In this document: one piece after another, positions 27,430 through 37,380 of the stretch
Layout: each line of letters begins with the position of its first letter
Numbering within the stretch: the first letter of the stretch is position 1
From: an uncultured Candidatus Saccharibacteria bacterium
Lineage (GTDB): Bacteria > Patescibacteriota > Minisyncoccia > Phycocordibacterales > UBA2100
DNA length: 64,000 bases
Assembly (NCBI GenBank): GCA_964512835.1
Contig: CAZELA010000003.1
Coordinates: 88,098 to 152,097, forward strand
Direction: 5' to 3'
Made by a program: the position numbers and the translations under genes
Notes under the pieces: model-generated
What the model was told of the DNA's origin: nothing
Database searches by the model: none
The model's input: only the letters and a program-made list of their open reading frames with translations

Positions 27430-28686
27430 TTATTCACTGATTCTGAGCAGCCAGAGTGACTTATCCGCAGCGTCACGGAATCCGATTGCCGAGCCTGTTT
27501 CATCCATCATCGGCTCCTCTACATCAAAGTCAGTGCGGGTATCGGGTACGAAAAATCGGGTCGCAGTTCCTGCTGCAGCTTCGACTCGCCACCAGATATC
27601 GTGCGTATGGACCGCGCCTTCATACCAGCTCGCAAGGTATCCGGCTTTCGGAGATTCGGCCGGTACCGCGCAGTATGCGATGAGTCCGGCGCCCGGTGCC
27701 CACACACACTTGTCCGCCGTCGTTTCAAGCGGAAGTCTAACCGCGTCGCTGCCTTCGTTCTTCACATAGAGTGTGAGCTTACCGTCCTCTACCGCCCCGT
27801 AGAGATAGGCCTCTGCGGTGTCGTGATAGCGCACGGTCAGCCCGTTCACATTGGAGACGAGCGGTTTCATAGTGCCTGACGGTGAGACGATGAACGAGTA
27901 CCCCGAGGCGGTATCAGAGGCGTCCTGCACGATAACCGTTCGTCCATCGGCGAGTGCCTGCACCCTCCATTGATACAGCGGTGAGACGAAAACCTTTTTT
28001 GTGTTCGTCCCTTTCCATCCCGATGAGACACCGATCGAGCCGCCTTCGGCAAGTTTTGCGATATAGAAAATATTCTTTGCGCTCGGTTGGTAGTTCGGAG
28101 TGTCGAGGGCAACGATATTTTGCGGCAGATACGTACCTTCGAGCACGTTCGGTGTCGAGGTCGAGGTGATGACACTGGTTGTCGCAATGGATGCGGCAAA
28201 TGTCGTTACAACGTCCTGCTCGTTCGTTGTGCGCAGTATTACATCGCCCGAGCGGCTGAAACGCGCATCCATGATCTTCGGCATGAGTGTGTTCGTGAGA
28301 CGTATGATGCTGCTCGTATTGGGGTCGGCTCGCATGATGTTACCTGTTGCGCGCTCTGCGATATAGATTGACGCCCCGGACGGACCGAATCCGAATCCTG
28401 CGACCGGGGTACGCGTTACGTGCCACAAGCGCGGGGCGCGGCTGCCGGTTTCAGCGGTGGATGTGCCCGTATCCCCCGAAATGTTCTGGTAGGTGCTTCC
28501 GGCGCCGCCCGAGAACGACGCTTCTTCCGTGCTGCCGCGCGCAGTGATTTCCGAAGAAGTCTCTGCGGTCTTGTTCTTGATGAAGAAATACCACCCGGCG
28601 GAACCGCCGATGATAACGACCAGCAACGCCACGAGTACGAATTGAATGATCGAGTTTCGCATATTATTTGCCGGTGAACGGATCAA
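27430..28686 (-). CDS. membrane-anchored extracytoplasmic protein of the T4SS-like cluster
   Basis: N-terminal TM anchor (IIQFVLVALLVVIIGGSAGWYFFI) then a beta-rich soluble domain. No recognisable family. Confidence 0.5.
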   Translation of the reverse strand: MIRSPANNMRNSIIQFVLVALLVVIIGGSAGWYFFIKNKTAETSSEITARGSTEEASFSGGAGSTYQNISGDTGTSTAETGSRAPRLWHVTRTPVAGFGFGPSGASIYIAERATGNIMRADPNTSSIIRLTNTLMPKIMDARFSRSGDVILRTTNEQDVVTTFAASIATTSVITSTSTPNVLEGTYLPQNIVALDTPNYQPSAKNIFYIAKLAEGGSIGVSSGWKGTNTKKVFVSPLYQWRVQALADGRTVIVQDASDTASGYSFIVSPSGTMKPLVSNVNGLTVRYHDTAEAYLYGAVEDGKLTLYVKNEGSDAVRLPLETTADKCVWAPGAGLIAYCAVPAESPKAGYLASWYEGAVHTHDIWWRVEAAAGTATRFFVPDTRTDFDVEEPMMDETGSAIGFRDAADKSLWLLRISE

Positions 28687-29674
28687 CGCTTGCGCCGGAT
28701 TGAGAAGAGCCGCCGAGTGTGCCGAAGGTTACGTTCCAGATACCGTGTGCGTCGAGTCGAAAATTCTTCTTGTGTGTAAGCGACAGTTCGACGAGTCCGA
28801 TTCCGCCCTCTGCCCCGGCGTTGATGGTGAGCGTTGCCGGCCGCTCTTTATTGGCCTCTACAGGGGCCTTGTTCACGCGCCAGATGTAGGTGAATTGCTT
28901 GTCGTTCGGGCCGTCAGCGAATGCAAAGTACGGGATCGCGGTGAACGTCATTTCGGTGTCTCCGAGCGAGGTCTCGGCGGGAACGGCATTGTGGTACATG
29001 GTTCCGTAGAGCGGATGCTCGAAATACAGCTGTGTTGTCGGTACAACGGTTGCGATCGCCGCGGTGCGGTCTGCGCCGAGTGTTCGGTCGGATGTCGTCA
29101 CACTTACACTGACGGTGTTGGTCTGAGAAAACTCCGCAACAGGAACGCTGAGTGAGGTCTTGCCTCGTCCGCTCAGGAGCGTCTCCCCGCTCTGTGTCCA
29201 TGTGTAGATGAGCTGAGATGGCGGGATCTCAACACCGTCTTTTGCGAAATGAGGCAATGCCTGCAGCGTGATTGATGCGCCGAGGCTCGGAAGACGACGG
29301 CCGCGGTAGAGACCGGGAGCGTACGTGTTCGCTTCCCAGAGCAGGTCGACGGACAACGGTATGATTGAAAGCGACGCATCACCGTCTACACCATCCACGC
29401 GAACCGACATGTCGGCCCGTTCACCGCTTTGCGGCGCTTTCATTTTGTACACCGTCTCCCCCTCGCCTTCCGCTACAATGGTCCCGCTGTTGCGCCACGA
29501 GATCTGGCGCTGTGTGAGGTCGAGGACCGGGCTCTGCACGGTAAGCGTGATTGCTTCGCCGGGGCGCGGATACTGCGGTGTGACGGAAACGAACAACTTC
29601 GGCCCATTGAACAACTCCTGTGCCGAAGCCGGAAGTGCGAGTAGCAACGCGACGAGAAAGACTGCGTATCTCAT
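28664..29674 (-). CDS. secreted protein of the T4SS-like cluster
   Basis: Signal peptide MRYAVFLVALLLALPASAQE. Overlaps neighbours by 4-23 nt, suggesting an operon. Confidence 0.5.
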   Translation of the reverse strand: MRYAVFLVALLLALPASAQELFNGPKLFVSVTPQYPRPGEAITLTVQSPVLDLTQRQISWRNSGTIVAEGEGETVYKMKAPQSGERADMSVRVDGVDGDASLSIIPLSVDLLWEANTYAPGLYRGRRLPSLGASITLQALPHFAKDGVEIPPSQLIYTWTQSGETLLSGRGKTSLSVPVAEFSQTNTVSVSVTTSDRTLGADRTAAIATVVPTTQLYFEHPLYGTMYHNAVPAETSLGDTEMTFTAIPYFAFADGPNDKQFTYIWRVNKAPVEANKERPATLTINAGAEGGIGLVELSLTHKKNFRLDAHGIWNVTFGTLGGSSQSGASVDPFTGK

Positions 29675-31623
29675 ACGATACCGGGAGCGACCGCCGGCTC
29701 TGCCGGCGAGGCCGGAGCCGGTGTTCCGGTCGTTTTCGGGAGTGCGGCGGCGGCAAGTGTTGCAGCTGCCTGCTGTGTCGCCTCGCGCTGCTCGTTGATC
29801 TGCGCGTCGGTCGAATTTTGGAGGTCCTGTTTTGCCTTCTTGATTGCGAGGATCTGTGACGGGTCCGATGTAATGATCTGGTCTTCCGTGTACGAGGCGA
29901 TGACTTTGATCGCAACGTGCTTCAGTCCGGCAAAGAAGATCCCCTCGCCCACGTCTGACTCAAGGAGGAGGTACTTCTCTTCATCCGAGAGCTTGAAGGT
30001 CTGCTGGACGAGGTCAACCGACGTCGGTGACTGACGCAGAAGCATCTGAATCGACGAGTTTGTGATCATCGGTACGCCGTAGGGTGAGTTCAAGAAGTCG
30101 GATACGTCCTGCGTGATCGTCGAGATTCCAAGGAAGTATTTTCGGCCGCGCTTTGCGATCGAGAAAAGGAACGATGCGGTGTCTTCGGAACGCATCATCC
30201 ACCACGCCTCGTCGATGATGAGGAGTCGTTTGCGGAGCTCTTTACGCACCGTGTTCCAAATGTGGTGCGTAATGATGTACATGGCCACCGGCTTAAGGTC
30301 ATCTTCCATGTCTCGGACCGAGAACACGACCAATTTCTTGTTCATGTCGACGTTCGTCGGGCGGTTCATAAAGCCGGACCAGGTTCCCTTTGTGTATTTA
30401 GACAGACGCTGTACGAGTGACTCGGAGCCGTCCATACCGGAGAGCACGAGCTCGAAGTCGGACAGGAGCGGCGGTTCAACTGCGGCAAAGTTCGCATCTG
30501 CGGTGATGTCCTTCAATGCGTAGGTTTCCGTAATGGCGCGGTCGATGACGGCATCCTCTTCAGGGGTGAGGCCGCCCAGCATGATGCGGAAGAGTCCGAC
30601 GAGCGTGATGATGTTATTGCGAAGCACGTCCGACGGCGATTCGTCTTCGCGAGGGATCGGCAGGTCGAACGGGTTAATGTGGTGCTCCGAGGAGAGCGAG
30701 ATATTGAAGTATCGTCCGCCGACCGTTTCCGCGAGGTATTCATACTCGCGTTCAGGGTCGATGACGATCACTTCGGTATCGAACATGAGTGAGCGAAGAA
30801 TCTCGAGCTTGGTGGTGTAGGACTTACCGGCACCGGACTTCGCGAACGTGACGGAGTTGTAGTTTTCGAGTGAGAAGCGGTCGAACAAAATAAGCGACGA
30901 GTTGTGGCGGTTGATGCCGTAGAGAATGCCCCGATCCGAGGTGAGGTCGAAGGATATGAACGGAAAGATCGATGAGAGCGGAGCCGAGTTGAGTTTTGTG
31001 TGCACGTCGAGCTCATCGGTGGCGATCGGAAGCACCGAGCGGAATCCCTGCTCCTGTTGAAACAGGGCCGGGCGGATGTATACAAGACGTGATTCAAGGA
31101 CGGACCTGATCTCGCTTTCGGTCTTGTCGACCTGTTCACGTGTGGCACCGTAAATTGTGAGGTACAGACCGACGTCGAAAATCTTTTCCTGGGCCTGCTG
31201 CAGGGAGTCGCGCAGCTGTTCGAGGTCGGAGTATGCGGTGTCGAGCATCGGGTCGCGCACCATCCCCTTCTCTTCACGCGTCGAAATCTGACTCTGTACC
31301 TCGGCCACTTTTTTCTGGAACTTGCGGAGCATTTCGTTGGTGTCCATCGGATGGATGAAGATCGAAATATCGAGCACTTTGTCCATGTTGATGATCGGTG
31401 CGAACCAGCCCGTCGTGAGGAATCGCGGGTATGAGATTACGAAGAACGTGCGCGCGATCTTTTCTCCGAGATCGAGCTCGTGTGACGAAATCTTGAGGGC
31501 GTGCGGCGCGATGACATCCTGCAGGTCGAGAACGCCTGTCTGGTAGATCTCTTCCGGCAGAACCGGCAGCACGTTCGGTCCCTGCTCCTGCTTTTTTCCC
31601 AGTAGTGAGTCGAAAAGTCCCAT
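29671..31623 (-). CDS. virB4: VirB4/TrbE/CagE-family T4SS ATPase (C-terminal ATPase portion)
   Basis: Walker A FAKSGAGKSYTTK, Walker B LLIIDEAWWMM, and conserved VirB4 C-terminal motifs (GISTITQ, DVGEGIFFAG). Start at MGLFDSLLG (ATG 31621-31623). Upstream in-frame extension is not protein-like. Confidence 0.85.
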   Translation of the reverse strand: MGLFDSLLGKKQEQGPNVLPVLPEEIYQTGVLDLQDVIAPHALKISSHELDLGEKIARTFFVISYPRFLTTGWFAPIINMDKVLDISIFIHPMDTNEMLRKFQKKVAEVQSQISTREEKGMVRDPMLDTAYSDLEQLRDSLQQAQEKIFDVGLYLTIYGATREQVDKTESEIRSVLESRLVYIRPALFQQEQGFRSVLPIATDELDVHTKLNSAPLSSIFPFISFDLTSDRGILYGINRHNSSLILFDRFSLENYNSVTFAKSGAGKSYTTKLEILRSLMFDTEVIVIDPEREYEYLAETVGGRYFNISLSSEHHINPFDLPIPREDESPSDVLRNNIITLVGLFRIMLGGLTPEEDAVIDRAITETYALKDITADANFAAVEPPLLSDFELVLSGMDGSESLVQRLSKYTKGTWSGFMNRPTNVDMNKKLVVFSVRDMEDDLKPVAMYIITHHIWNTVRKELRKRLLIIDEAWWMMRSEDTASFLFSIAKRGRKYFLGISTITQDVSDFLNSPYGVPMITNSSIQMLLRQSPTSVDLVQQTFKLSDEEKYLLLESDVGEGIFFAGLKHVAIKVIASYTEDQIITSDPSQILAIKKAKQDLQNSTDAQINEQREATQQAAATLAAAALPKTTGTPAPASPAEPAVAPGIV

Positions 31624-31624
31624 A

Positions 31625-32284
31625 TTATTGCTGTTCGAGCGACATCGGCTTTGAGTCCTCGCCCGGGTTGAACATCTTGTACAACAGTTCGATCGCCTCT
31701 TCAGTGCCGAGCTGTACCGTGCGCACCCCGGTTCGCACGAGTCCCTGCTGCACAATGGAGATGCGCTGCTCGAGCTGTGTAGCCTGCTCCTCAAAGGTTC
31801 GGTTCTCTTCCGCCGCGTTGCTTTTCTTTTTACCGAACGGAAAGATAGAACCTCCGGAGTTTGTCTGAATCACAGCCGGCGTATAGGGCACCACGATGAA
31901 GAAGTTCTTGGTCATGATATTGGCCGCCTCTGTGAAGCTTTTGATGAATTCGATGTATTCGCGGATCTGGATACGCATCAGGTCGTCGAGCTGGCCTTTG
32001 TACGCCTCTTCGAGTGTTGCTATGTAGGGACGGATATCGAGTTGTCGGGACTGCACGAAGATCTGGCACGAAAAGTCGAGTGAGTTCAGGAAGTTCTGAA
32101 ACTGCACGATGAAAGCGGTCTGCTCGTCCTCCGACTTGAGTGCGAAGTTGATCGACGATGCGAGCAGGATGGCACGAAGACCGTTATCTTTCATGACCAC
32201 GATACCGTCACGCACCTCCTTGATCGGCACGAACTCCTGTGTCGACTTGTTCTCGCTGCGCGTACTGTTCTGGGTCTGGGGCAT
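31625..32284 (-). CDS. VirB4-like N-terminal domain protein (separate ORF)
   Basis: IKEVRDGIVVMKDNGLRAILLASSINFALKSEDEQTAFIVQFQNFLNSLDFSCQIF resembles the N-terminal domain of Gram-positive or CPR-type VirB4/TcpF/PrgJ. Its stop TAA (31625-31627) is 1 nt from the ATG of the ATPase ORF in a different frame. Confidence 0.6.
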   Translation of the reverse strand: MPQTQNSTRSENKSTQEFVPIKEVRDGIVVMKDNGLRAILLASSINFALKSEDEQTAFIVQFQNFLNSLDFSCQIFVQSRQLDIRPYIATLEEAYKGQLDDLMRIQIREYIEFIKSFTEAANIMTKNFFIVVPYTPAVIQTNSGGSIFPFGKKKSNAAEENRTFEEQATQLEQRISIVQQGLVRTGVRTVQLGTEEAIELLYKMFNPGEDSKPMSLEQQ

Positions 32285-32286
32285 AG

Positions 32287-32793
32287 TTATTGTGTCAGCG
32301 CCTTCAGTGCTTCACGGGGTGTTCGGATGCCGCGTGCCATGTCTTCGCTTCGTACGGCATCGCGGTCGCGTTCATTGCCGGTGCCGGCGGCGATACGCTC
32401 CTTGATATCGAGGCTCCAGGCGAGCTCATGAAGCCGTGAGTCATTGAGTCTCGGAACGTAGAGGTTCTCTTGCGGCATGAGCGGGTTCTTTTTTGCTTCA
32501 GCCATACGCTTCTTTGTCTTGTTGTTCCAGAGGTAGAGCTTGGAGTGGACGAGGTAGAAAAACGCGGTTTCAAGTGCAATCATGAATGGACGTCCGTTGT
32601 ACTGCATGAATGCGAGCGCGACGGAAAAACCGACCACCATGATCGCGATCGGTGCCGCGATGAATGACGGGAGCAGTCGCCACACGAGGTATGCGAGTCC
32701 TAATCCGCCCGCCATGTAGACGAACTGTTTGAATGTGAACGGTCCGAAGATTTTATCTTCGACCTCAATGAATTGAGGTACCTGAAACTGCAT
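32287..32793 (-). CDS. PrgI/VirB3-like small membrane protein
   Basis: MQFQVPQFIEVEDKIFGPFTFKQFVYMAGGLGLAYLVW matches the PrgI family start (xVPxDxExEDKIxGPLTxRQxxYL). Two TM segments. Directly upstream of VirB4. Confidence 0.6.
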   Translation of the reverse strand: MQFQVPQFIEVEDKIFGPFTFKQFVYMAGGLGLAYLVWRLLPSFIAAPIAIMVVGFSVALAFMQYNGRPFMIALETAFFYLVHSKLYLWNNKTKKRMAEAKKNPLMPQENLYVPRLNDSRLHELAWSLDIKERIAAGTGNERDRDAVRSEDMARGIRTPREALKALTQ

Positions 32794-32866
32794 GCAGTAT
32801 CAGTATACCCCGCGTCGAACGCTACCCGCTGCGCTTTTCACAGTCGTAACGGTGCAACGCGCGTAA

Positions 32867-33457
32867 TTACGACAACTGTTCGCGGTACGGATCACCCTCG
32901 ATACTTTTTCGTTCGTGACTGGCGCTCGCGCTGTATGTTTGCGGAATCTGGGCGCGCACTGCTTTTTCCTCGGGTGCAGGCGCGGGGGGTGTTGCGGGAA
33001 CGACTGCCGGTGCGGGTGGTTCCACGGGTGTGTTCGGTGCGGGTACCGTCGCGACCGACGAGCCTTCCGCGTCAAGTGTTTCCGCACGCAGCGCGTCAAC
33101 ATCGGACATTGCCTGCTGTACGGCGGTCGGATGACTCAGCGAGCGTTCCATTTCGCCGCGGATCGGTTTGAACACGATGTCCGAGATGCTCTGCGAAAGC
33201 TCCGTTGCAACCTCTGCCGTTACATTGAGGTCTTTTTCGAGCCGAGTCGGCAACTCCGCAACCGGCTGAAAGCCGAGGAGTGTGAGCATCACGTTGTTCT
33301 CAAGGATCTGCCACTGGTCGACGTGAAGCTTGTGGCCTTCGGCGAGATCGCGCATATGCTTTTGTACGTCTGCGGACGTGATCGCGTCCTGTACGACCTT
33401 CGGGAGGGTTGCGAACCGCTCTGCAAACTGTGCCGACATGTCCTGTTCGATGTCCAT
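32867..33457 (-). CDS. hypothetical protein of the T4SS-like cluster (Pro/Ala-rich C-terminus)
   Basis: Protein-like composition with no TM. Long antisense plus-strand ORFs across it are shadow ORFs. Confidence 0.45.
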   Translation of the reverse strand: MDIEQDMSAQFAERFATLPKVVQDAITSADVQKHMRDLAEGHKLHVDQWQILENNVMLTLLGFQPVAELPTRLEKDLNVTAEVATELSQSISDIVFKPIRGEMERSLSHPTAVQQAMSDVDALRAETLDAEGSSVATVPAPNTPVEPPAPAVVPATPPAPAPEEKAVRAQIPQTYSASASHERKSIEGDPYREQLS

Positions 33458-33460
33458 AGA

Positions 33461-35779
33461 CTAGGTTGTTGTTCCGCTTGAGCCGCCGGACTTGAGCGAA
33501 GTTTGAATATCTTTGAGGACGCTCGACGGTGAGTCCTTCTTTGTATACTTCGAGAACGTCTTTTCGATGATGGCTTTGCCGACATCGCCGCCCTGCGCGT
33601 GGTGTGATGTTTCTTCTGCAAGGTGGCTGATACCGCTCTTGACCCCCTCTTCGGCCTTTTTGACCCGTCGGTCGAACTTGTCCTTGATGTCTTTCTGCAT
33701 TTGCGACGAGACGGCGTTCGCTTCCTTGCGCGCCTTGGTGACGAGTGTGTTCTTTTCTGCGTGCGCTCGCTGTGCATCCGCGAGTCGTTTCTGAGCCTCT
33801 GTCTTCGGTCGGTCGATCTCGGAGTTGATGGTCGTAAGCTTCTGGTGTGCCTCCTTGATGCGCTGCGTTTCTTTTCCGAGTGCCTCCTGCTTCTCGGCGC
33901 GTGCTTTGACGAGTTCCTGCTGTGCCTTCTGGCGCTCCGCCGCGGCGAGGGTCTGGTCGTTGGATCGGTGTTCGTGTTGTGCGATGACACTGTCGTATCG
34001 TGTGTTGACGTCGCGCTGGTGTTCTTCGTGTGCCGCCTCCACTTCCTTGGTGACGGTCTCCACCTCGCCCTTCCGCGCATCGCGGTTCGAATCTGCTTGT
34101 GCGCTTGCGGCGGCAAGTTCCTTCTCTGCCGTCTGCATGCTGTCGCGGGCGATCTCGAGCTCCTTTTCTGCCGCTTCCTTTGCCTTCGCCTTTGCATCGG
34201 CTTCGTTGCCGTACTGCTTCGCGATTTCTTCTTCGGTCTCCTTCTTCATCTTTGCCTTGTCGTCTGCGGTCAGCGCCATCGCCTTTGCCTTTTCTTCCGC
34301 GTGCTCGGCGTGCGCATTCATGTTGCTTACAAAACCGCCCTTGGTCTCGCCCACCCCCTTGAGTCCGGCGCTGCCGGCGATCGCCTTGCCGAGTGCGGTG
34401 TTCATAAAGTTGTAGCTGCGGTCCGCCTTCTTCTCGAGTTCCGCCTTCTGCTTGCGGAGCTTCTCGAATGCTGCCCAGTCGCTCTTGAGACCCGTCTCCA
34501 TCGCCTTGCGCTTCGCCTTGTCGACACCCTCGTTCATGTTCTGTGCTCGACGCGCGTTGTTCCACCCGAGGGTTCGCTGACCGAGCCCTGCGCCCAGGAG
34601 TGCTCCGCCGATCAGCGGGAGTCCTGCGGCCATTTGTCCGGCGCGCACGCCGCTGATTGATCCTGCGAGTGAGCTTGAGAGGCGGAATGACGCAAACAAC
34701 ATGCCGGTACCGATAATGTAGAGGAACAGCACACGCCACCCGTCGGCGAGGACCTGTTGCTGGGGCGCATTCAGGAGCGCACCGAAGGTATCATTGCCCG
34801 TGACACGGAGTGATGCTTCCTGCATCACAAGGATCGATATCGAGAGGAATACCATCAAAAGCGGCGCGAATGCGGCGTTGTTGATCAGTGACTTCCACCA
34901 TGCGGTCCACCCAAAGCGGCTGGCTTCGAAGTGCGGAGAAAGGTACGTGGCGTACGCGATCGGTGCGGTGAGCATGAGAATGAAAAACCAGATTGCGCGC
35001 GCGATGATGAGGAATGCCCCGTACAGGATCACGAGGGCAAGAGCAGCAAGTATAAAGAAGCCGAACAGTCCGAACAGGAAGGCTTTCATTGCTCCCCCGT
35101 CGGTCTGCTGTGCGACACGCAGCGCGAGTGCGGATGTATCCCACACACCCGTCACGTGGAGCGGCGAGAGGATCTTGTCTGCAATAGAGAACTGCGGTAC
35201 GGCTCCGCCGTTCGGCACGCGGGCGGTTTGTGAGTAAATCGAGTACGCCATGAAGTTCGACGCATCGATGACGATCTTTGTGAACAAAAGACTGAAGTTC
35301 ATCAGGACTGCGATCACGAGCACGCGCGCGATCATACGCTTCTGTCCGTACTCCTTGAGACCGAGAATGAGGCTGATGGCAATGAACACGAAGATGCCGA
35401 TCATCAGTATGTTCGCGATATCGCGGAAAAAGGTCCAGCCGCTGTTGATGATCGGGACCAGTGACATCGAATCAAGTGTGTTCTTGAAGTCCATGATGGC
35501 GCGGTTTACGCCGAAGTCGAATATTGATCCGGCGAACCGCAGAATGCCGCCGCCCATGGAAAGCATTGCGGAACTTGCCCAGAGCGTGACAGGTACCGCA
35601 ACGCAGCGTGCGAACTGGAAGTTGTACCAGCAGCCGCTCGGATTCTGCAGGGCCTGACTTGCGTCTTTGGTACTCCCTGCCGCAGCTTGTGCGAGCGCAC
35701 TCTGAGGGATCAAGGTGAACGCGAGCGTCACGATGATTGTGAGGAGTGCGATTGTCCAGGTTGTACGAGAGAGAGTCAT
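33461..35779 (-). CDS. VirB6/TrbL-like polytopic membrane protein with long C-terminal coiled-coil/Lys-Glu-Ala-rich extension
   Basis: Signal or first TM MTLSRTTWTIALLTIIVTLAFTLIPQSALAQA, then at least 6 TM helices (IMIGIFVFIAISLILGL, VLVIAVLMNFSLLF, FLFGLFGFFILAALALVILYGAFLIIARAIWFFILMLTAPIAYATYL ...) as in TrbL/VirB6. About 330-aa charged coiled-coil tail. ATG at 35777-35779 chosen. Confidence 0.65.
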   Translation of the reverse strand: MTLSRTTWTIALLTIIVTLAFTLIPQSALAQAAAGSTKDASQALQNPSGCWYNFQFARCVAVPVTLWASSAMLSMGGGILRFAGSIFDFGVNRAIMDFKNTLDSMSLVPIINSGWTFFRDIANILMIGIFVFIAISLILGLKEYGQKRMIARVLVIAVLMNFSLLFTKIVIDASNFMAYSIYSQTARVPNGGAVPQFSIADKILSPLHVTGVWDTSALALRVAQQTDGGAMKAFLFGLFGFFILAALALVILYGAFLIIARAIWFFILMLTAPIAYATYLSPHFEASRFGWTAWWKSLINNAAFAPLLMVFLSISILVMQEASLRVTGNDTFGALLNAPQQQVLADGWRVLFLYIIGTGMLFASFRLSSSLAGSISGVRAGQMAAGLPLIGGALLGAGLGQRTLGWNNARRAQNMNEGVDKAKRKAMETGLKSDWAAFEKLRKQKAELEKKADRSYNFMNTALGKAIAGSAGLKGVGETKGGFVSNMNAHAEHAEEKAKAMALTADDKAKMKKETEEEIAKQYGNEADAKAKAKEAAEKELEIARDSMQTAEKELAAASAQADSNRDARKGEVETVTKEVEAAHEEHQRDVNTRYDSVIAQHEHRSNDQTLAAAERQKAQQELVKARAEKQEALGKETQRIKEAHQKLTTINSEIDRPKTEAQKRLADAQRAHAEKNTLVTKARKEANAVSSQMQKDIKDKFDRRVKKAEEGVKSGISHLAEETSHHAQGGDVGKAIIEKTFSKYTKKDSPSSVLKDIQTSLKSGGSSGTTT

Positions 35780-35790
35780 ACAGGTGGTTG

Positions 35791-37380
35791 TTATAGTGCC
35801 TGCGGGCACGCCGCTCCGGACCAACATGCGGTCCACTCCTCTTTTACGGCGGGCGCCGCGGTCTCGGACAGATTGCACCATCCCTTCACCGGGTCGGGAT
35901 CCTCTTTCCATTTCTTGACGGCGTTTTCGACGATCCTGGGCAGCATCTGTCTGAATGACTCGTACGTCGTGCTTTCGTTCGACGCATTGTGCAGTGTGAT
36001 TGCGTTCAACGCCGCCTGTGCGATCGTTTGCTGCGCGGCAGTCGGGTTTGCAATCAAGGCGTCGCGGATGAGCGTGATGGCTGTGATATTCGTATCGGCC
36101 GGACCGAGCTTTTGGGTCGTTGCGAGCGCGCTTGCACGGAAATTGTCTTCGATGACCTTCTGCGAGAACTTCGTTTCTTTAATAAACGTCAGCGTGCCGC
36201 CGGCGGTCGCGGTGCACGATGTATCGTTGATGGTGCCCGCCTGACAGACCGCATTTGCGATATCGGTGTAGCACTGGGCTTCCTGTGTGCGCAGCGCGGT
36301 GCTGTTTACGGTGAAAAGCGCGATGGTGTCCGTGATGACCTTCTTATAGGCGGTCTCCTGGGCGATCGCGTTCCGCAGGAGGTCGAGTGTAAAGTTGCCC
36401 GTCTGTGTGACGAGCGAGCCGCCCGCGGATTGCTTGACCTGTTCCATGTACGAAAGTGCACCACTGATTGCCTGGGTGATCGCAGAGAGTCCGCCCGTGC
36501 TTCCGGCTGTGCCGCCGGATCCGCTGCCGAGTGTGCCGCCGGTAAGCACCTGATTCGAGATACCCGCGTACAGCCCCTCGGTCATCTCGCCGATATCGTC
36601 GGCCTCGCGCGCCTGCACGTATCCGGACTGCACCGATTGAATACCGTTTGCGAGCACAATGGCGCCCGGCGTATCGGTCACGTGAAAACCGTCTTCGTCA
36701 TAATGGAATACGTCGGTTATACCCTGCCCCCAGTTGAGTCGCTCGTGTTGTTTGTATAGCTCGTACGCGCTCTGCTGCTCAATAGCATTGTATGCAAGTA
36801 CCGATGCGGAAAACACACTGCATGCCGGGTTATCGGTGACCGCGTCGAATGCGTCCCAGTAGTTACCGCTCGGAGTGCCGCTGTAGACCTGGTTGAGGTC
36901 GCCGGTGTATTTACACTCAAATCCGAGACGAGGGTCACGGGCATAGTTATATGCCTGACCGATCCAGTTTTTTACCTTACCTTCGATCGTATCGTTGAAG
37001 TTCGATAGCGAATCATTGCGGAGGTATCGGTTGACGGTGCGGTCATTCAAAAACACATCTTCCTTGCCCATTTCTCGCGACGGGTAACTGTTGAACTGTT
37101 TCAAAACCTCGGTGTCGAGTGCTGCAAGGGCAGCCTTGCGCTTCGCGGTCACGATCTCGCGCAGGACACATTCTTTATACACAAGAAGCCCTGTGTTTAA
37201 TTCAACCGCGTAGTCGGCAACGGGAACGTACGGACCGCCGAGTGGTCGCGTGGACCCGGCACCGGTCGTCGCCTGCCCGCTTGTGTTGCAGTTATAGATG
37301 TCGTCGGGTGCAGCGAAGGCCACGATCGGTGTGATACCAAGACAAAACGCGATAACAGCAACGAGGATCGGTTTTTTCAT
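35791..37380 (-). CDS. secreted protein of the T4SS-like cluster
   Basis: Signal peptide MKKPILVAVIAFCLGITPIVAFA. 529 aa. Overlaps the next gene via ATGA. Confidence 0.55.
   Translation of the reverse strand: MKKPILVAVIAFCLGITPIVAFAAPDDIYNCNTSGQATTGAGSTRPLGGPYVPVADYAVELNTGLLVYKECVLREIVTAKRKAALAALDTEVLKQFNSYPSREMGKEDVFLNDRTVNRYLRNDSLSNFNDTIEGKVKNWIGQAYNYARDPRLGFECKYTGDLNQVYSGTPSGNYWDAFDAVTDNPACSVFSASVLAYNAIEQQSAYELYKQHERLNWGQGITDVFHYDEDGFHVTDTPGAIVLANGIQSVQSGYVQAREADDIGEMTEGLYAGISNQVLTGGTLGSGSGGTAGSTGGLSAITQAISGALSYMEQVKQSAGGSLVTQTGNFTLDLLRNAIAQETAYKKVITDTIALFTVNSTALRTQEAQCYTDIANAVCQAGTINDTSCTATAGGTLTFIKETKFSQKVIEDNFRASALATTQKLGPADTNITAITLIRDALIANPTAAQQTIAQAALNAITLHNASNESTTYESFRQMLPRIVENAVKKWKEDPDPVKGWCNLSETAAPAVKEEWTACWSGAACPQAL

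Noticed and set aside
31623-31794. 57-codon in-frame upstream extension of the VirB4 ATPase ORF (MRSRLHSSSS...)
   Set aside because: Ser/Arg/Cys-rich non-protein-like sequence that overlaps the protein-like C-terminus of the upstream N-domain ORF. The real start is the MGLFDSLLG ATG.
33289-34739. Very long minus- and plus-strand ORFs (302-479 aa; Arg/Gln/Ser-rich) overlapping the VirB6-like gene tail
   Set aside because: Low-complexity Arg-rich translations generated by the repetitive Lys/Glu/Ala coiled-coil coding region in alternative frames. There are no start signals.
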